From Felis catus (taxonomy: Eukaryota): a stretch of DNA of 64,000 nt. Position 1 is the stretch's first letter; every line of letters begins with the position of its first letter. The stretch lies in the NCBI RefSeq assembly GCF_018350175.1, contig NC_058369.1, forward strand, positions 13,456,001 through 13,520,000. Reading direction: 5' to 3'. Both the position numbers and the translations under genes were made by a program. The notes below the pieces were generated by a model that ran no database searches, was not told where the DNA came from, and saw only the letters and a list, made by a program, of their open reading frames with translations. Shown here in pieces: positions 49,087 to 60,950 of the stretch.

Positions 49087-49719
49087 GTATGTGGACGTGG
49101 GATGGGGAGAGGCTGCATAGAGAAGGGGGGACTTGGGGCTGGGGTTTTGAAGGACGCATAGGAGTTCACCGGGAACTAGCGTAAGACCTTGAAGGAATAG
49201 CGGGTATCTGGGTCGGATGCAGACAAGGGGCACTGAGGCTGAGTGAGAGCCTACAAGGTCACCGTGGGGTATGTCCTAAGGTCCTCAAAGGCCCAGCCCA
49301 GTGGATCCCACTGTTCAGATTCCCCCGTCACCTAATTAATGGTTAAAGGACTATTCGAGACTCACGCAGCCACTACAGGTTATGTCCATGAGGAAGCTTA
49401 GCCACTGGAGAGGACCACAGGGGCTGAGGTTGGGGAACAGGATCCCTTCACGCAGTCAGCTCTCTGCTCCGTGGAGTAGAAATGCATAGAGAAGGCTGGA
49501 AAGAAAGCCCTCCTAGGGCTTTGGGATCTCGGAATCCAGCAGAGGAAAGAGCAGGGCCTGGGGGCTAGCCCCAATTCTGTCTGTCTTCAGGCTCTTAAAC
49601 AGCGGCTGTTCCCCTCGCCACCTTTATGGCTCTGTGTTGGCCAAGTTGGGGCTCAAATTTGGCCCAGGGGGCAGTGGGGGACAGGGACACGCAGGGCTGA
49701 GCCAGGCATGTGTTGGCAG

Positions 49720-49842
49720 GTGGCACCCACGAGGTAAAACAGCACCCCTTCTTCCGAACACTGGACTGGGCAGGGCTTCTGCGACACAAAGCTGAGTTCG
49801 TGCCACAGCTCGAAGCTGAGGATGACACCAGCTACTTTGACA
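49720..49842 (+). CDS. MAST3: MAST3 exon 18 ([12 protein letters not shown]...EDDTSYFD)
   Basis: tggcag / GTAAGT, 123 nt. Confidence 0.94.
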
Positions 49843-50723
49843 GTAAGTGGCGGGGGGGGGGGGGTGTCAAGGGGGTGGGCTCTGCTATCCCACAAGCCCC
49901 TGAGGCGGGGAGGGGATGTCTGCCAGGGTCTCCACCCAAGCACCTCGCCCTGAACCTGGAGCTTCTGACTTCCGGAGCTTTCTGAGTAATCAGAGCGTGT
50001 CTGCCGGCAGCTGCCCCCTCCCTGGCTGGGATTTCCTGTGCCTCTGGGGTCCGGAGGCCACGGCCTCCTCTTGGGTTGTGGGAGGGGAAACCAAGGCACT
50101 GAGTGTGGCAGACCCTTGCCTGGCGTCCCTAGCAGGTTCAGCCTCCTGAGCGTCCAGCCCTGACCAAGGATGGTGCCTCAACTGTCACACAGGAGGGAGG
50201 GGCGCTTCGCTTTGCCTTGTGGAGGGAGCCCCTCCGACATTGTGGGTGGGCTCAGACAAGTCTTCCTCTGCCTCCTTGGGGCTCCAGCCACACAGGTTAA
50301 ATGCTCTAGGCTTCCAGCACCTCCTCTGGAACTTGCTGTGTGATCTTGGGCGTGTCAGAGGTCCTCTCTGAGCAGCTGTTTCCTGTTCTGTAAAGTGGGG
50401 GAACATCCTTTATGTTTAAGATGCACACGATCACCTAATTCTGGGTGACCCATCTCAAGGGCGAGGCTCCCGAGCGTCAGACACAAGAATCCCCACCCAC
50501 AGTCCCACGGTTTTTAGGGACCCAGCTGGAGTTTTCTGGCCAGGTCCTCACTCTGCCAACTCAAGCCTCCCGTGGCCCCTAAATACACCAGACACAGCCC
50601 CACCTCAGTGCCTCTGCCCTGACCGTGTCTCCCCACCCCGGGACGCCCTCCCCAGATCACCCCACAGCCCTCGCGGCCGCCTCGGGGCATCGGGTGGGCT
50701 GTACGTGCCTTTCTGTCCTGCAG

Positions 50724-50833
50724 CGCGCTCGGAACGCTACCGCCACCTGGGCTCCGAGGACGAGGAGACCAACGACGAGGAGTCATCCACGGAGATCCCC
50801 CAGTTCTCGTCATGTTCCCACCGGTTCAGCAAG
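50724..50833 (+). CDS. MAST3: MAST3 exon 19 (TRSERYRHL...FSSCSHRFSK)
   Basis: ctgcag / GTGGGC, 110 nt. Confidence 0.95.
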
Positions 50834-50962
50834 GTGGGCCCGGGGACCTAGCTACGGCACTGGGGATGTTGCAAAATGTTGGTTCGAGGTTGGGGGCGGG
50901 GTTCTGCTGCTTTCTGTCGTCATGGTGGTTGAAATACGTATGAAATATACCATCAGAGCCGT

Positions 50963-50992
50963 TTGATTGATTGATTGATTGATTGATCGATT
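50963..50992. repeat. (GATT)n microsatellite followed by poly-G
   Basis: direct reading. Confidence 0.9.
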
Positions 50993-51284
50993 GGTGGGGG
51001 GGGGGGCGGGGTAGAGTTTTTACCTTTAACGAAATGACCTTGGAAATGACGTACCTTTCCGCGACGCCAACGCTACGGTTTTCGGAGTCACAGTAAGATA
51101 CGCAGAATTGCATCCATAATTAACATGAATGCCAACACTTCAAGCAGTGATTTCAGTTACGTGGCGAACACAGTCAAGAAAGCAGCCTCCGGACAAACGT
51201 GGGCTCCTCCCCTGCCTCCCCCTCTTCCCGGGAGGTGGCGGCAGGGGCAGCTGCAGCGGCAGAGGTCAAAGGGGTGGCGCCCCA

Positions 51285-51650
51285 TCGTAGCCATTTTAAA
51301 CTACAATTCGGTGGCATTCCGCGCATTCATAAGGTCGGGACACCCATCACCTCTGGTTCTAGAACGTTCCCATCATCCCAAAGGGAACCCCCGATCCCGT
51401 GGGCAGTCACTCCCCTTCCCCTCTCCCCCAGCCCCGGGCCACCCGCAGTCTGCCTTCCGTGTCTGGTGTCTTTCACTCAGTTGGATGTTTTCAGAGTTCA
51501 CCCACGGTATCGTGTGTGCAGGGCTTCGTTCCTTTTTGTGGCTGAGTAGTGTTCCACTGTGTGGACGGACCACGTTTTGTGTACCCATCGGTTGGTGGAC
51601 ACTTGGGTCGTTTCCACTTTTGGGCGACTGTGACCAGTGCTGCTGTGCTG
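51285..51650 (-). mobile_element. L1MB-like 3' fragment
   Basis: acaattcggtggcatt...gttctagaacgttcccatcatcccaaa...ggctgagtagtgttccactgt. Confidence 0.7.
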
Positions 51651-51952
51651 GGTGCCACATTTTATAGCCTCACAAGCTTAAGTTTGCTTCCTTTGTTTCT
51701 AATTTGATGAAGAAAACCTTCCCTGCTGCTTGTGGGCCTGGGCCCCAGGCAGAGCGTCCTGATCAGCGGCAGAAACCCTGGCTGCGGCCCCCTTGGTAGC
51801 CGGGCCCCTCCAAACCTTAGTTTCTCCGTCTGTACAGTGGGCGTCTTTACTCTGCTGTTTTTAGGGATGTGGTGAGTCTGGATTTAAGGAAGTGACTCAC
51901 AGGGAAGCATGGGGCATATAGGAAGCACTCAACTAAGCTCACTCTTTTTCCT

Positions 51953-52115
51953 TTTTTTTTTTTGAGAGAGAGAGAGAGCGAGAGAGAGCGCGCATGTGTG
52001 TGTGTGAGTTGGGGAGAGGGGCAGAGGGAGAGAGAATTCCAAGCAGTCTCCACACCCAGCGTGGAACCCGATGCCGGGCTCGATCCCACAACCCTGGGAT
52101 CGTGAGTCGGACTCG
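51953..52115 (-). mobile_element. 5'-truncated Can-SINE
   Basis: poly-T, (GA)n, gggctcgatccca B-box. Confidence 0.75.
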
Positions 52116-52160
52116 TGATTAGTGACACCAACTGTTACTAATGTTTTCTGTTTCTTCCAG

Positions 52161-52297
52161 GTCTACAGCAGCTCCGAGTTCCTGGCCGCCCAGCCCACGC
52201 CAACCTTCGCCGAACGGAGCTTCAGCGAGGACCGGGAGGAAGGGTGGGAACGCAGCGGCGAGGGCGAGTATGGCCGCCGCCTGAGCATGGATATTCG
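52161..52297 (+). CDS. MAST3: MAST3 exon 20 (VYSSSEFLAAQ...RRLSMDI)
   Basis: ttccag / GTAGGT, 137 nt. Confidence 0.94.
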
Positions 52298-52824
52298 GTA
52301 GGTGGGCTGGAGAGTATGAGCAGATCCAGCTTCCGAGCCTGCTGGGAGGTGGCACCACAAAATCTAACACTGCAAGGAGCTTCCCGGTGGCCCAGGAGAA
52401 AAGGGTCAGACACACCGGCTAGCCTGTCAGACCCCTGCCGGCGTGGCCCCTACCATTGCTGCCTCTGGCTTTGCGCCCCTTACCACAGCAGGCATAAAGC
52501 AGCCGTGCACTGTCCTACTGCTAGGCTTCTGCTTGCTCCGTTCCCTCTGCCAGCATACCCTTCGCTAACAAACTCCTGTCCGTTCCTCAAAGACCAGACT
52601 CAACAGAAATAACCAATGTCTACTAGAGGATGAGTGTCGGAAGCTGGGTTTTAAAAAACGCCAATTCTCTGGGCAGAGGACGGGGCAAGCAGAGGGAACT
52701 CACCCTGTATTTACGAATTCCCTCTGGTTCTGGGCTGAGTGTTCAAATCTGGCTGCCAGGGGTAACTGGGTGTCCCGGGGCGACGGCGCCTGGCAAGTGT
52801 GACTTTGGCCCTTCCCTGCAGCAG

Positions 52825-53066
52825 CCTGAGGTCCTGGACGTCCTCTGGTACTTCCTGTCCGTCGTCTTCCCAGCCCGAGCGGGGCCCCAGCCCGTCTCTC
52901 TTGAGTACTATTAGCCTGGACACGATGCCCAAGTTTGCCTTCTCGTCAGAGGATGAGGGAGCCAGCCCAGCCTCTGCGGGCCCCAAGAGGCCCATCTTCA
53001 TTCTGGGGGAGCCCGATCCACCCCCAGCGGCCACCCCAGTGATGCCCAAGCCCTCAAGCCTTTCTG
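52825..53066 (+). CDS. MAST3: MAST3 exon 21 (LRSWTSSGTS...PKPSSLS); NAGNAG acceptor, alternative start 52822
   Basis: ctgCAGCAG / GTAGGT. Confidence 0.93.
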
Positions 53067-53558
53067 GTAGGTGAGGTCCAGGGTGGGCGGGATAGTGTTG
53101 TAGAAAGTTTCCCAGAGGGACTATTTGAGATGGGTTTTGAAGGATAAGTAGGAGCTCCCCAGAGAGACCATTCGCCTAACAAAGGCTTTAAGATAGGAGA
53201 GGCCGGGGCTCCCAGAGAATCCTCGAGCCTCAGCTTGTCTCCCAGTCTAGGGGTGATACCCCCAGCTTCACTGGGTCAGGATGGGACTGGAGAGGGGGGT
53301 GAGACCGCAGAGCGCTGAGGGGTGCTGGGGGTCTGACGGGTGGGAGAAGGCTGCTTAGAGGAAGGGACTTGCAGAGCGGAGCTTTCCAGGGAGAGCAGTG
53401 CAGGAAGGAAGTGTGGGAAGAGAGAACCCTCTAAAGAAAGGCCAGGTAGCCAAACTGGGGTCCACGCTGACCGGGGAGGAAGGGGCTCTGCCTGCCGAGG
53501 GCAGAAGGACTGAGTGGTGAGACCGGCCGGGCTGACCCCCAACCCTGCTGACCCCTAG

Positions 53559-53765
53559 CTGACCCAGCCGCCCTCAGCCACGCACGCCTACGGAGCAACA
53601 GCATCGGTACACGGCACTCGACACCACGGGCCTTGGATGCTGGCCGAGGCCGCCGCCTTGGGGGCCAAAGAGACCCAGCTCCCGAGAAGTCTCGGGCCTC
53701 CCCCAGCGGGGGCCGTGTGCCCAAGTCCGCCTCAGTGTCCGCCCTGTCGCTCATCATCACGGCCG
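53559..53765 (+). CDS. MAST3: MAST3 exon 22 (ADPAALSHARLRSNS...VPKSASVSALSLIITA)
   Basis: ccctag / GTAACG, 207 nt. Confidence 0.94.
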
Positions 53766-54057
53766 GTAACGCACGTGGCCCAGCCTCGTCTTTGCTTTGT
53801 CCGTCCACGTCTGTTGTAACCGCGGGGCTCGGGCTGTGCCACAGGGAGGGGGAAGGAGCGAGACACGGGGAGAGCTGGGGGGCTGGCATTCCTGGCGGAG
53901 GGCACTGCATGTGCAAAGGCCTCATCGGGGGACCGTGCCTGGGACACTGGAGCAGCAGCAAAGCAGCCAGAATGGTCAGCTTGGTGGGAAGGGGAGGTGC
54001 CCTCCCCACCCTGGTCCCTGCGAGGGAGTGACACCCCCCCAACCCGTGTCCTTGCAG

Positions 54058-54284
54058 ATGATGGCAGCGGCGGCCCCCTCATGAGCCCTCTGTCCCCACG
54101 CTCACTGTCCTCGAACCCGTCGTCCCGAGACTCCTCTCCAAGCCGAGACCCGTCCCCCGTGTGCGGCAGCCTGCGGCCCCCCATTGTCATCCACAGCTCG
54201 GGCAAGAAGTACGGCTTCAGCCTGCGGGCCATCCGCGTCTACATGGGCGACAGCGATGTCTATACCGTGCACCACGTTGTCTGG
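54058..54284 (+). CDS. MAST3: MAST3 exon 23 ([11 protein letters not shown]...[12 protein letters not shown]...HHVVW), PDZ start
   Basis: ttgcag / GTGAGC, 227 nt. Confidence 0.95.
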
Positions 54285-54739
54285 GTGAGCTGGCCTCGGG
54301 GTGGGCAGGAACAGTGGGACTTGGTTTGAGTCTAGCTTCACCCTGGCAAGGCACTTCACTTTGGAGCCGCATTTTCTAGTCTTGGGAAAGCAAGCTCATT
54401 GGCTGAAAGGTTGTGGAGCCCAGGGCAGGGAGCTGGTGCCACCTGGGTCTTTGCAGCTCCTCTTACTTAGGGGGAGGGGGTTGGGCAAGACGGACAGGGA
54501 TGGACAGAGGGGTAGAGACCTCAGTTGGGCACGAAGCTCCCGCCCCACGCCCGCAGATGCACCCTGGGTGTGGTGTCCTGCCTCCCCCCAGCCCAGGGCC
54601 CGTTCCCTCCCTGCCAGCACCCAAGGTCAAGGAAACCACGTCAGTGGCAGCAGCTTGCTGGGGTCCCACAGCTGACCCAGCTGGGCCGGGGTCTCCAGCT
54701 GTGGGTCCCAAGCCCCCTGACCCTACCACCCACCCCCAG

Positions 54740-54862
54740 AGCGTGGAGGAAGGAAGCCCTGCCCAGGAGGCGGGCCTGCGAGCTGGGGACCTCATCACCC
54801 ACATCAACGGGGAGTCAGTCCTGGGTCTGGTGCACATGGACGTCGTTGAGCTGCTGCTGAAG
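54740..54862 (+). CDS. MAST3: MAST3 exon 24 ([24 protein letters not shown]...ELLLK), PDZ
   Basis: ccccag / GTTCAG, 123 nt. Confidence 0.94.
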
Positions 54863-55470
54863 GTTCAGCCCCCCATCTTCCCACCCTTGGGACTTCCAGA
54901 CCCCCACCCCACTCTGCCTACCCTTGGGGCTCCCAGAATCCCCACGTCCCGTCCATCCTCCGGGGCCCAGGTCTGCCCCCACTGCTTTGCTCCTGTGACC
55001 CCTCAGCTTTTGATCCTGAGGTTGTCCCCTCTGGAACCACACCTTTCCACACCTGGTCCCACCTCCAGGCCTTGCATGTCCCCTCCCCTCTGCCCAGGAC
55101 GTACATCCTCCTTTGCCCCCTGGGTGCCCCTACATTTGGCCCTCCTGGCTCACCCTGGCCTTATGAGGCTGGGGGTGTCCGTATTATCTTTATCTTCCTC
55201 AGGGGGGGCTGAGGCCTGGGGGTGGGGAGGTGGGCCCAGGCCAGGAGGCAGGGCCTTGTTTGGAGAGCTCCTAGGACCGGTGGGTGGACAGGTGGGCAGC
55301 TCATGGCATGGATGGGCAGATGACGGACATGCATCTTTGGCCCAGTGAGTGGCAGGTCAGTAGGCGAGAAGTGGGTAGATAGGATCTGGGGCTCTGACGG
55401 ATGAAGAAGTGCGTGGGGGGCTTGCTAGGTGGGAGGCACCCAGGTGACCCCCTCGCCATCCCTCCTGCAG

Positions 55471-55607
55471 AGCAGCAACAAGATCGCCCTGCGGACCACA
55501 GCCCTGGAGAACACCTCCATCAAGGTGGGCCCCGCCCGGAAGAACGTGGCCAAGGGCCGCATGGCTCGCAGGAGCAAGCGTAGCCGCCGGCGGGAGACCC
55601 AGGACCG
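55471..55607 (+). CDS. MAST3: MAST3 exon 25 (SSNKIALRTTALENTSIK...RRRETQD)
   Basis: ctgcag / GTGAGC, 137 nt. Confidence 0.95.
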
Positions 55608-55711
55608 GTGAGCGACGGGTGGGCCTGCGCGGAGTGCTGCAGAGGACCGGGAGCAGGCTCCCTAGACTGCTGGGGACAGGGGTTCTGACGCATCGGGTCT
55701 CTCCCCCTCAG

Positions 55712-55893
55712 GCGGAAGTCGCTCTTCAAGAAGATCTCAAAACAGTCCTCTGTGCTGCACACCAGCCGGAGCTTCTCCTCCGGCCTCCACCACTCCCTGT
55801 CGTCCAGCGAGAGCCTCCCGGGTTCGCCCACCCACAGCCTCTCCCCCAGCCCCACCACGCCTTGCTGCAGCCCAGCTCCCGACGCCCCTGCAG
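55712..55893 (+). CDS. MAST3: MAST3 exon 26 ([11 protein letters not shown]...SPAPDAPA)
   Basis: cctcag / GTAGGT, 182 nt. Confidence 0.95.
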
Positions 55894-56865
55894 GTAGGTG
55901 TGCCCCCCCCGCCCCGCCCCGCCCCGGGGCCACCCTGGGGCTGCTCAGGTCTGTGGGGCCTGACCCCGGTGAGGACGCCGGCGGGGTTTACAGGAGGGAA
56001 TGACATGACGTAGGAAGTGAGGGGACCAGAAGGGCCTTTCCAGTCGCCTGGGGTCTGCAAGGCAGCCTGGCAGTGGGAGGAGAGAGGCGGGAGAGCAGAG
56101 AAGAGAGTACCCAGCAGAGGGAGCATCGTGGACCAAGGGGGCTAGGCTGCAGGGTTGTGAAAGCAGGGAGAAGGCTGGGAGGGAGGAAGTTGGGAGATGG
56201 GTCAGGCCAAGGAGCTGGGCTTAAATTGGCGGGCAGCTGGGAGCTATGGAGGGTGTGTGAGCTAGAGAGGGCATGTTTTAGAAGGGTCTGCATTTTAGAA
56301 AGATCATTCCGGGGCAGGAAAGGATGGGGACTTGGCCCAATGTCTGTGAGAGACAGCCAGGTGCAGACACCCCTAGGCTCACTGGGTCAGCATCCAGTGA
56401 TGGGAGGACCAGGCTGGGGCACCCCTGAGGGGAAGCAGGGAAGTCCTGGAGGAGGCCCCTGCTCCAAGAAGCCCTCTCTGCCCCCTCTCTACCCTGACTT
56501 CGAGGGGCTGAGGGTATCTGTGCCACCTTTCCTTTCCTCAGACCAGGTATCCTCTGCAGCTGAGGCTTGGGGTGGAGGGGCGGTCACGGGGCAGATGGTG
56601 GATGCGTACCTTTGGCCCATTGAGGGGTAGGTCATTAGATGAGAAGTGGGTGGATAGGAACTAGGGCTTTGATGGATGAGTAGGAGTTCACCAGATCTAA
56701 GCCAAGGGAACGCCTTGCACACATTACAGGAGGCGAGAAAGGCAGGCATACTGGGTGGCCGTAGGCAGAGACGTGGGCTTTGGCAGGCGCTCTCAGGCCC
56801 AGGGCCCCACGACAGGGCTGGGGACATGCAGGCCGGTGGCCCTGACCCTCATCTATCACCCACAG

Positions 56866-57398
56866 ACACCGCATCCCCTCCCAGTGCATCCCCGAGCTCC
56901 AGCAGCCCTGCCTCTCCTGCCGCCGCTGGCCACACCCGCCCTAGCTCCCTGCATGGCCTGGCCGCCAAGCTCGGGCCACCCCGCCCCAAGGCCGGCCGCC
57001 GCAAGTCCACCAGCAGCATCCCGCCCTCCCCACTGGCCTGCCCCCCGGTGCCCGTGCCCCCACCCCGCTCGCCCTCGCCCCTCCCCGGGCACCCACCTGC
57101 ACCCGCCCGGTCTCCACGGTTGCGCCGGGGCCAGTCGGCCGATAAGCTGGGTTCGGGTGAACGGCTGGATGGGGAGCTGGGGCGCCGCGGCCGCGGGCCA
57201 GACTCGGAGCTGGTAGTCATGCGGCGGCTACACCTGTCCGAGCGCCGTGACTCCTTCAAGAAGCAGGAGGCCGTGCAGGAGGTGAGCTTCGATGAGCCAC
57301 CCGAGGAGGCCGCCGGGCCGCTCACCTCTGTGCCACAGATTGCCGTGGAGGGCGCCGAGGCTGTGCCAGGAGCCCTTGGTCCTGCCGGGAAGGACTGA
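56866..57398 (+). CDS. MAST3: MAST3 last coding exon 27 (DTASPPSASP...ALGPAGKD*)
   Basis: ccacag acceptor, TGA at 57396-57398. Confidence 0.95.
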
Positions 57399-58956
57399 TC
57401 CCTCCCACCCGGCCTCCCCCTGGCCTAGAAGTCGGGCTTTTTCGTGTGCAATGTTTTTTCCGTCAAGCGACTCTTGGATGGAGACTGAGCCACCAGACTG
57501 TGACACCCGGAAGGCGAGAAGCCATCTCAGTCCTTACCGGAAAGTAGAGACAGCACCTCCTTCGTGTTCCGGTGCAGACCTGGGGCCGTACGTAGGGGCA
57601 GGAATGGGGGACAAGGGTGGCATTGTAAATAGCAGCAAATCCCTGCGACTAATTTATTACTTTTTATAAGCGATAGTTAGACTGAGCCACCACTGCGAAG
57701 GTGGCTGCCCGGGTCCTGCCCCTTGCACCTGGGACCCCATTTGCAGACGCTGCCCCCTGGGCTGAGAAGGAAGCACTTTGGACAAGTTACGTATGTTTGT
57801 GTTTTCTAGGTTTTCTGTATGTTTTAGTTCTGTGTGTGTGTTCCTTGATCCCATCCTGGCCCAGGACCCACTGACCTGAGGGGATACAGGCAAGCTTACC
57901 TGTCCGGGCCCAATGCGGATAGGACTTGGAGAGTCTGTAAATGATTCCCCTCCCCCACAAAACAAAGCAATCCCGATGAGGGACTGGACGCTGAAAGCTA
58001 CGTCTCACTGTCATAGCCTCGATCCCTAGGCCAGTCTCGCTAGAGTTTGTTTCTAGTCCTGAAGGCTTCAGCCCCGGGGGAGGGGGTGTGGGACCTGGGA
58101 CCTTGATGGAGGAGCAGAGAGGTCACCCACTCCACAGGGGGACACTGATGCCCTGGGGCGGGGGGGGGGGAGGCGCAGGCCTCGAGGGGTACTACTGCCA
58201 GGGCAGGGGAAGAACGTCCACCCTGGACAAGATTTCACGTGCTCAGTGCCCACCAGGGTGAGCCCTTGACCATGATGTGTCTGAAACACCCTACGGAGGG
58301 TTCCCGCAACGTAGCGCAGCCTTCCTAGAATGAAATTCGAGTGAGAAACCCAACTGGGGGGCAATGGGGCCCAAGTTTGAATCTTGGCTTCCTCGTGTGG
58401 CTCTGGGAAAATGGCTTTCCCACTCTGTGCCTCAGTTTCCTCGTGTTTACAAAACTAATCCCGATGACTATTTATTAAGCATCCGCCCTATGCCAGACGC
58501 TTTTACTCGTGGCTTCTCCCCCAGCCAGCCTTGAGAAGGCTGCAGGTGGCGGTGTCCTCCCCATTTTATGGACAAGTAACCGAGGCCTGGCGAGGGGTGG
58601 AGACGCGTCGCACGATCACCTGGTAAAAAAGTCACGCAGCCAGGCCCCGTCGTGGGCACTGTCGACAAGGGAGCTTGAACGGAGAGTCTGGTGCCGGATA
58701 CGGCAGATCCACCTCCAGCTCTCTTCCCCGGGGCTGCTGTGTGACACACACTGGGCGTCTCAGAACCGCCACTTCCTCTGTGGGGGTGGCCGGCCAGATC
58801 CCTGCGCCCCACCTGATGAGGGCACTTTCCAGGCACGGTAGCCCACAATGCATCCCTCCCAGAGACCCTCGCCCAGCACTGGCTGGTGCTGGAGCTAGAC
58901 CAAGGCTGTGCATGACTTGTGCCCCCCACCCCCCTTCCATCCTGGAGCTGACCGTG

Positions 58957-58962
58957 AATAAA
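58957..58962 (+). terminator. Candidate proximal MAST3 poly(A) signal AATAAA
   Basis: Canonical hexamer in the 3' UTR. Confidence 0.45.
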
Positions 58963-59235
58963 AGCCCACGTTTACAAAGAGGAGGCCCAACGTCTGGATT
59001 TGTGAGGGGCAAAGAAAGGGGTAAGGGGAGACAGTGTGGTGGGGACGGGGTGAAAACTGACTTCCTTTGAAGGGGTTTTGAAGGTGGCACAGGAGTTCGC
59101 CAATGAGATTCTCCCTGATGTCTTCTCGGGTCCCTGGCCTCCTCCTGCCCTCTCCCCGAGTACCCATCATAGGCTCTGCTCTTAAAAGCTTCATCCGGAC
59201 ACCGATCTGGGGCCCCGAGCTGTGTTAACAAAACA

Positions 59236-59241
59236 AATAAA
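59236..59241 (+). terminator. Probable main MAST3 poly(A) signal AATAAA (~1.85 kb 3' UTR)
   Basis: Canonical hexamer followed by U/GU-rich sequence, just before the PIK3R2 CpG island. Confidence 0.7.
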
Positions 59242-59299
59242 CCATCTCTGTGTCCTTTCTATACAAGTCTTCGCTGGAACTGTGCCCTGTCCCCCCACA

Positions 59300-60950
59300 G
59301 TCCCCCACGCCGCACGCGAACCCACCCCAACTCCGTGTTTTGGGGTTACTTCTGGGCAGTACCAGAAGCCCCGGGCCACGCTTCCGAGTGTCTTCGGCTA
59401 TTCCGGAAACAATCGCCCGTCTCTGGGTCCTCGTTGGGCGTGTTCCCGCGCTCGCTGCGCTGCAAATAGTTCAGCTGTTTCCGGACGCTCTGGGCTGCCA
59501 TGGAAACGCTTTCAATCCCAGCTTATTTGGCTCTTTCCTGAAAAGCTCCGATTTCTGTGGCGAGCTCCCTTCCCACCCCACCGCCTCCTGCTCCCTGAGC
59601 TCGGGGCCGCCTCGCGCCCTTAGGACCCATCCATCAGTTCCGGAAACTGGTGGTCCATCCCTGGCTCTCGACTCACAGGGCCTCCCTCTGGGTCCGAGCA
59701 CACGCGGTTCTTTGCAGAAACTGCAGTCTCGGGGCTCAGCCTCGGTTCCATCAGTCCCGCTGGGGGGAGACGCTCGGCGATTTCCGGAATCACTCGGTCA
59801 TCTCGAAGCCCAGCCGGGCCCCGCCGAGCTTAGGGAAACGGTTAGCTGACGCGATTGCGCTCGCTCGGCTGTTTCCGGAAATGCTCGGCTATCTCGTGGC
59901 ACCCTCTGCCCGCCAGTCCCGCGGGAGGATGTTCGGCTCTTTCCGGAAATGCTCGGCCATCCCGAGGCTCCGCCCCCGCCTCGCTTCACGCGCCTGGCCC
60001 GAACGCGCTCGGCCATTTCCGCCGGGGGCGGGCCCGGCTGTTCGGAACCGCGGCGGCTGTGGCGGAGGCGGGGATCCCGCGGCTGCGGCGACGGCGGCCG
60101 CGGCGGAGCCACGGGTCGGGCTCCGCTCCGTGTGACGGCGGCCGCGGCGGCGGTGGCGGCCGCGACCAGGTAAGTCCGGGCCGGCTGGCGTGGCAGGCTA
60201 GGCTGAGCGTGCGCGCCAATGCGGGGCGCCTAAGCAGAGCGCGGGGCCGAGGTGGAAGTCGGAACGCGAGCGCCTAGCCGCATCGCGCCCCGCGGGAACC
60301 GGGGGCCTCCGGGAGCAGGAGGCCTCGGGTTCGACCTGGCAGCGGTGCAGCCTGCCCCGGGCGGTGGGGAGAGGAACGCGGTGCCCCCAGGCGGAGATAA
60401 GGCGCTGGGACTGCGGCCCCCGATGGAAGGAGGCCCTGCCTGGAGTGGGGCGTCGAGCAGTAATAAGGGGCACCCAGGCTTTGTGTGGGACATGGTGAGA
60501 TGCAGGAGGGTCGGGGGTCGTCTCCGCTTCCGTTCCCCTGGGGGCTGCCGGGTCCACGCAGGCCCGGGCACGCCTCTGAATACGCGTGAGCGCGCGGGCC
60601 CTGCGTCCAGCCGCCGAGCCCCTGGCCAGGCCTGGCCCCTCCACCCGGCCTCTTGGATTCCCCGGGCGCACACACCGGGGCGTGTGCAAACGTGTGCACG
60701 TTGGGGCGCGGGGGCCGGCAGGCGAGCGGATCCAGGCGGTTTCCTGGACGTCCCCTCGCTGGGCCTCAGTTTCCCCACCTGTAGAATGGTGGTACCGGGT
60801 CCAGGAAGCGGGTACGTTTGGGCACCCCGGAACCGGGAGCTTCTCCTCCCTGCAGAGAGTCCCTTCTGGGGCTCTCGTGGTCGGGGGACAAAGCCCCGAC
60901 CCCTCTGTCTGGCACTCGAGGACCAGCGCGGTGGACGGCGGGTGGCTTTC
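59300..60950 (+). promoter_or_regulatory. PIK3R2 CpG-island promoter and non-coding exon 1 (donor after 60169)
   Basis: Dense CpG; CAG|GTAAGT at 60167-60175. Confidence 0.85.
59391..60023. repeat. Diverged interspersed repeat array with palindromic TTCCGGAA core
   Basis: cores at 59401, 59479 (1 mismatch), 59535 (1 mismatch), 59638, 59782, 59873, 59941. Confidence 0.8.

Noticed and set aside
54413..55348. 311-aa ORF containing part of the PDZ domain
   Set aside because: Exon 24 plus open GC-rich intron flanks; the spliced model explains the recognisable part
59771..59964. 35-bp palindromic repeats with unique spacers, superficially CRISPR-like
   Set aside because: Mammalian CpG-island context, diverged repeats, irregular spacers (56 and 33 nt), no cas genes; kept as a TF-site array instead
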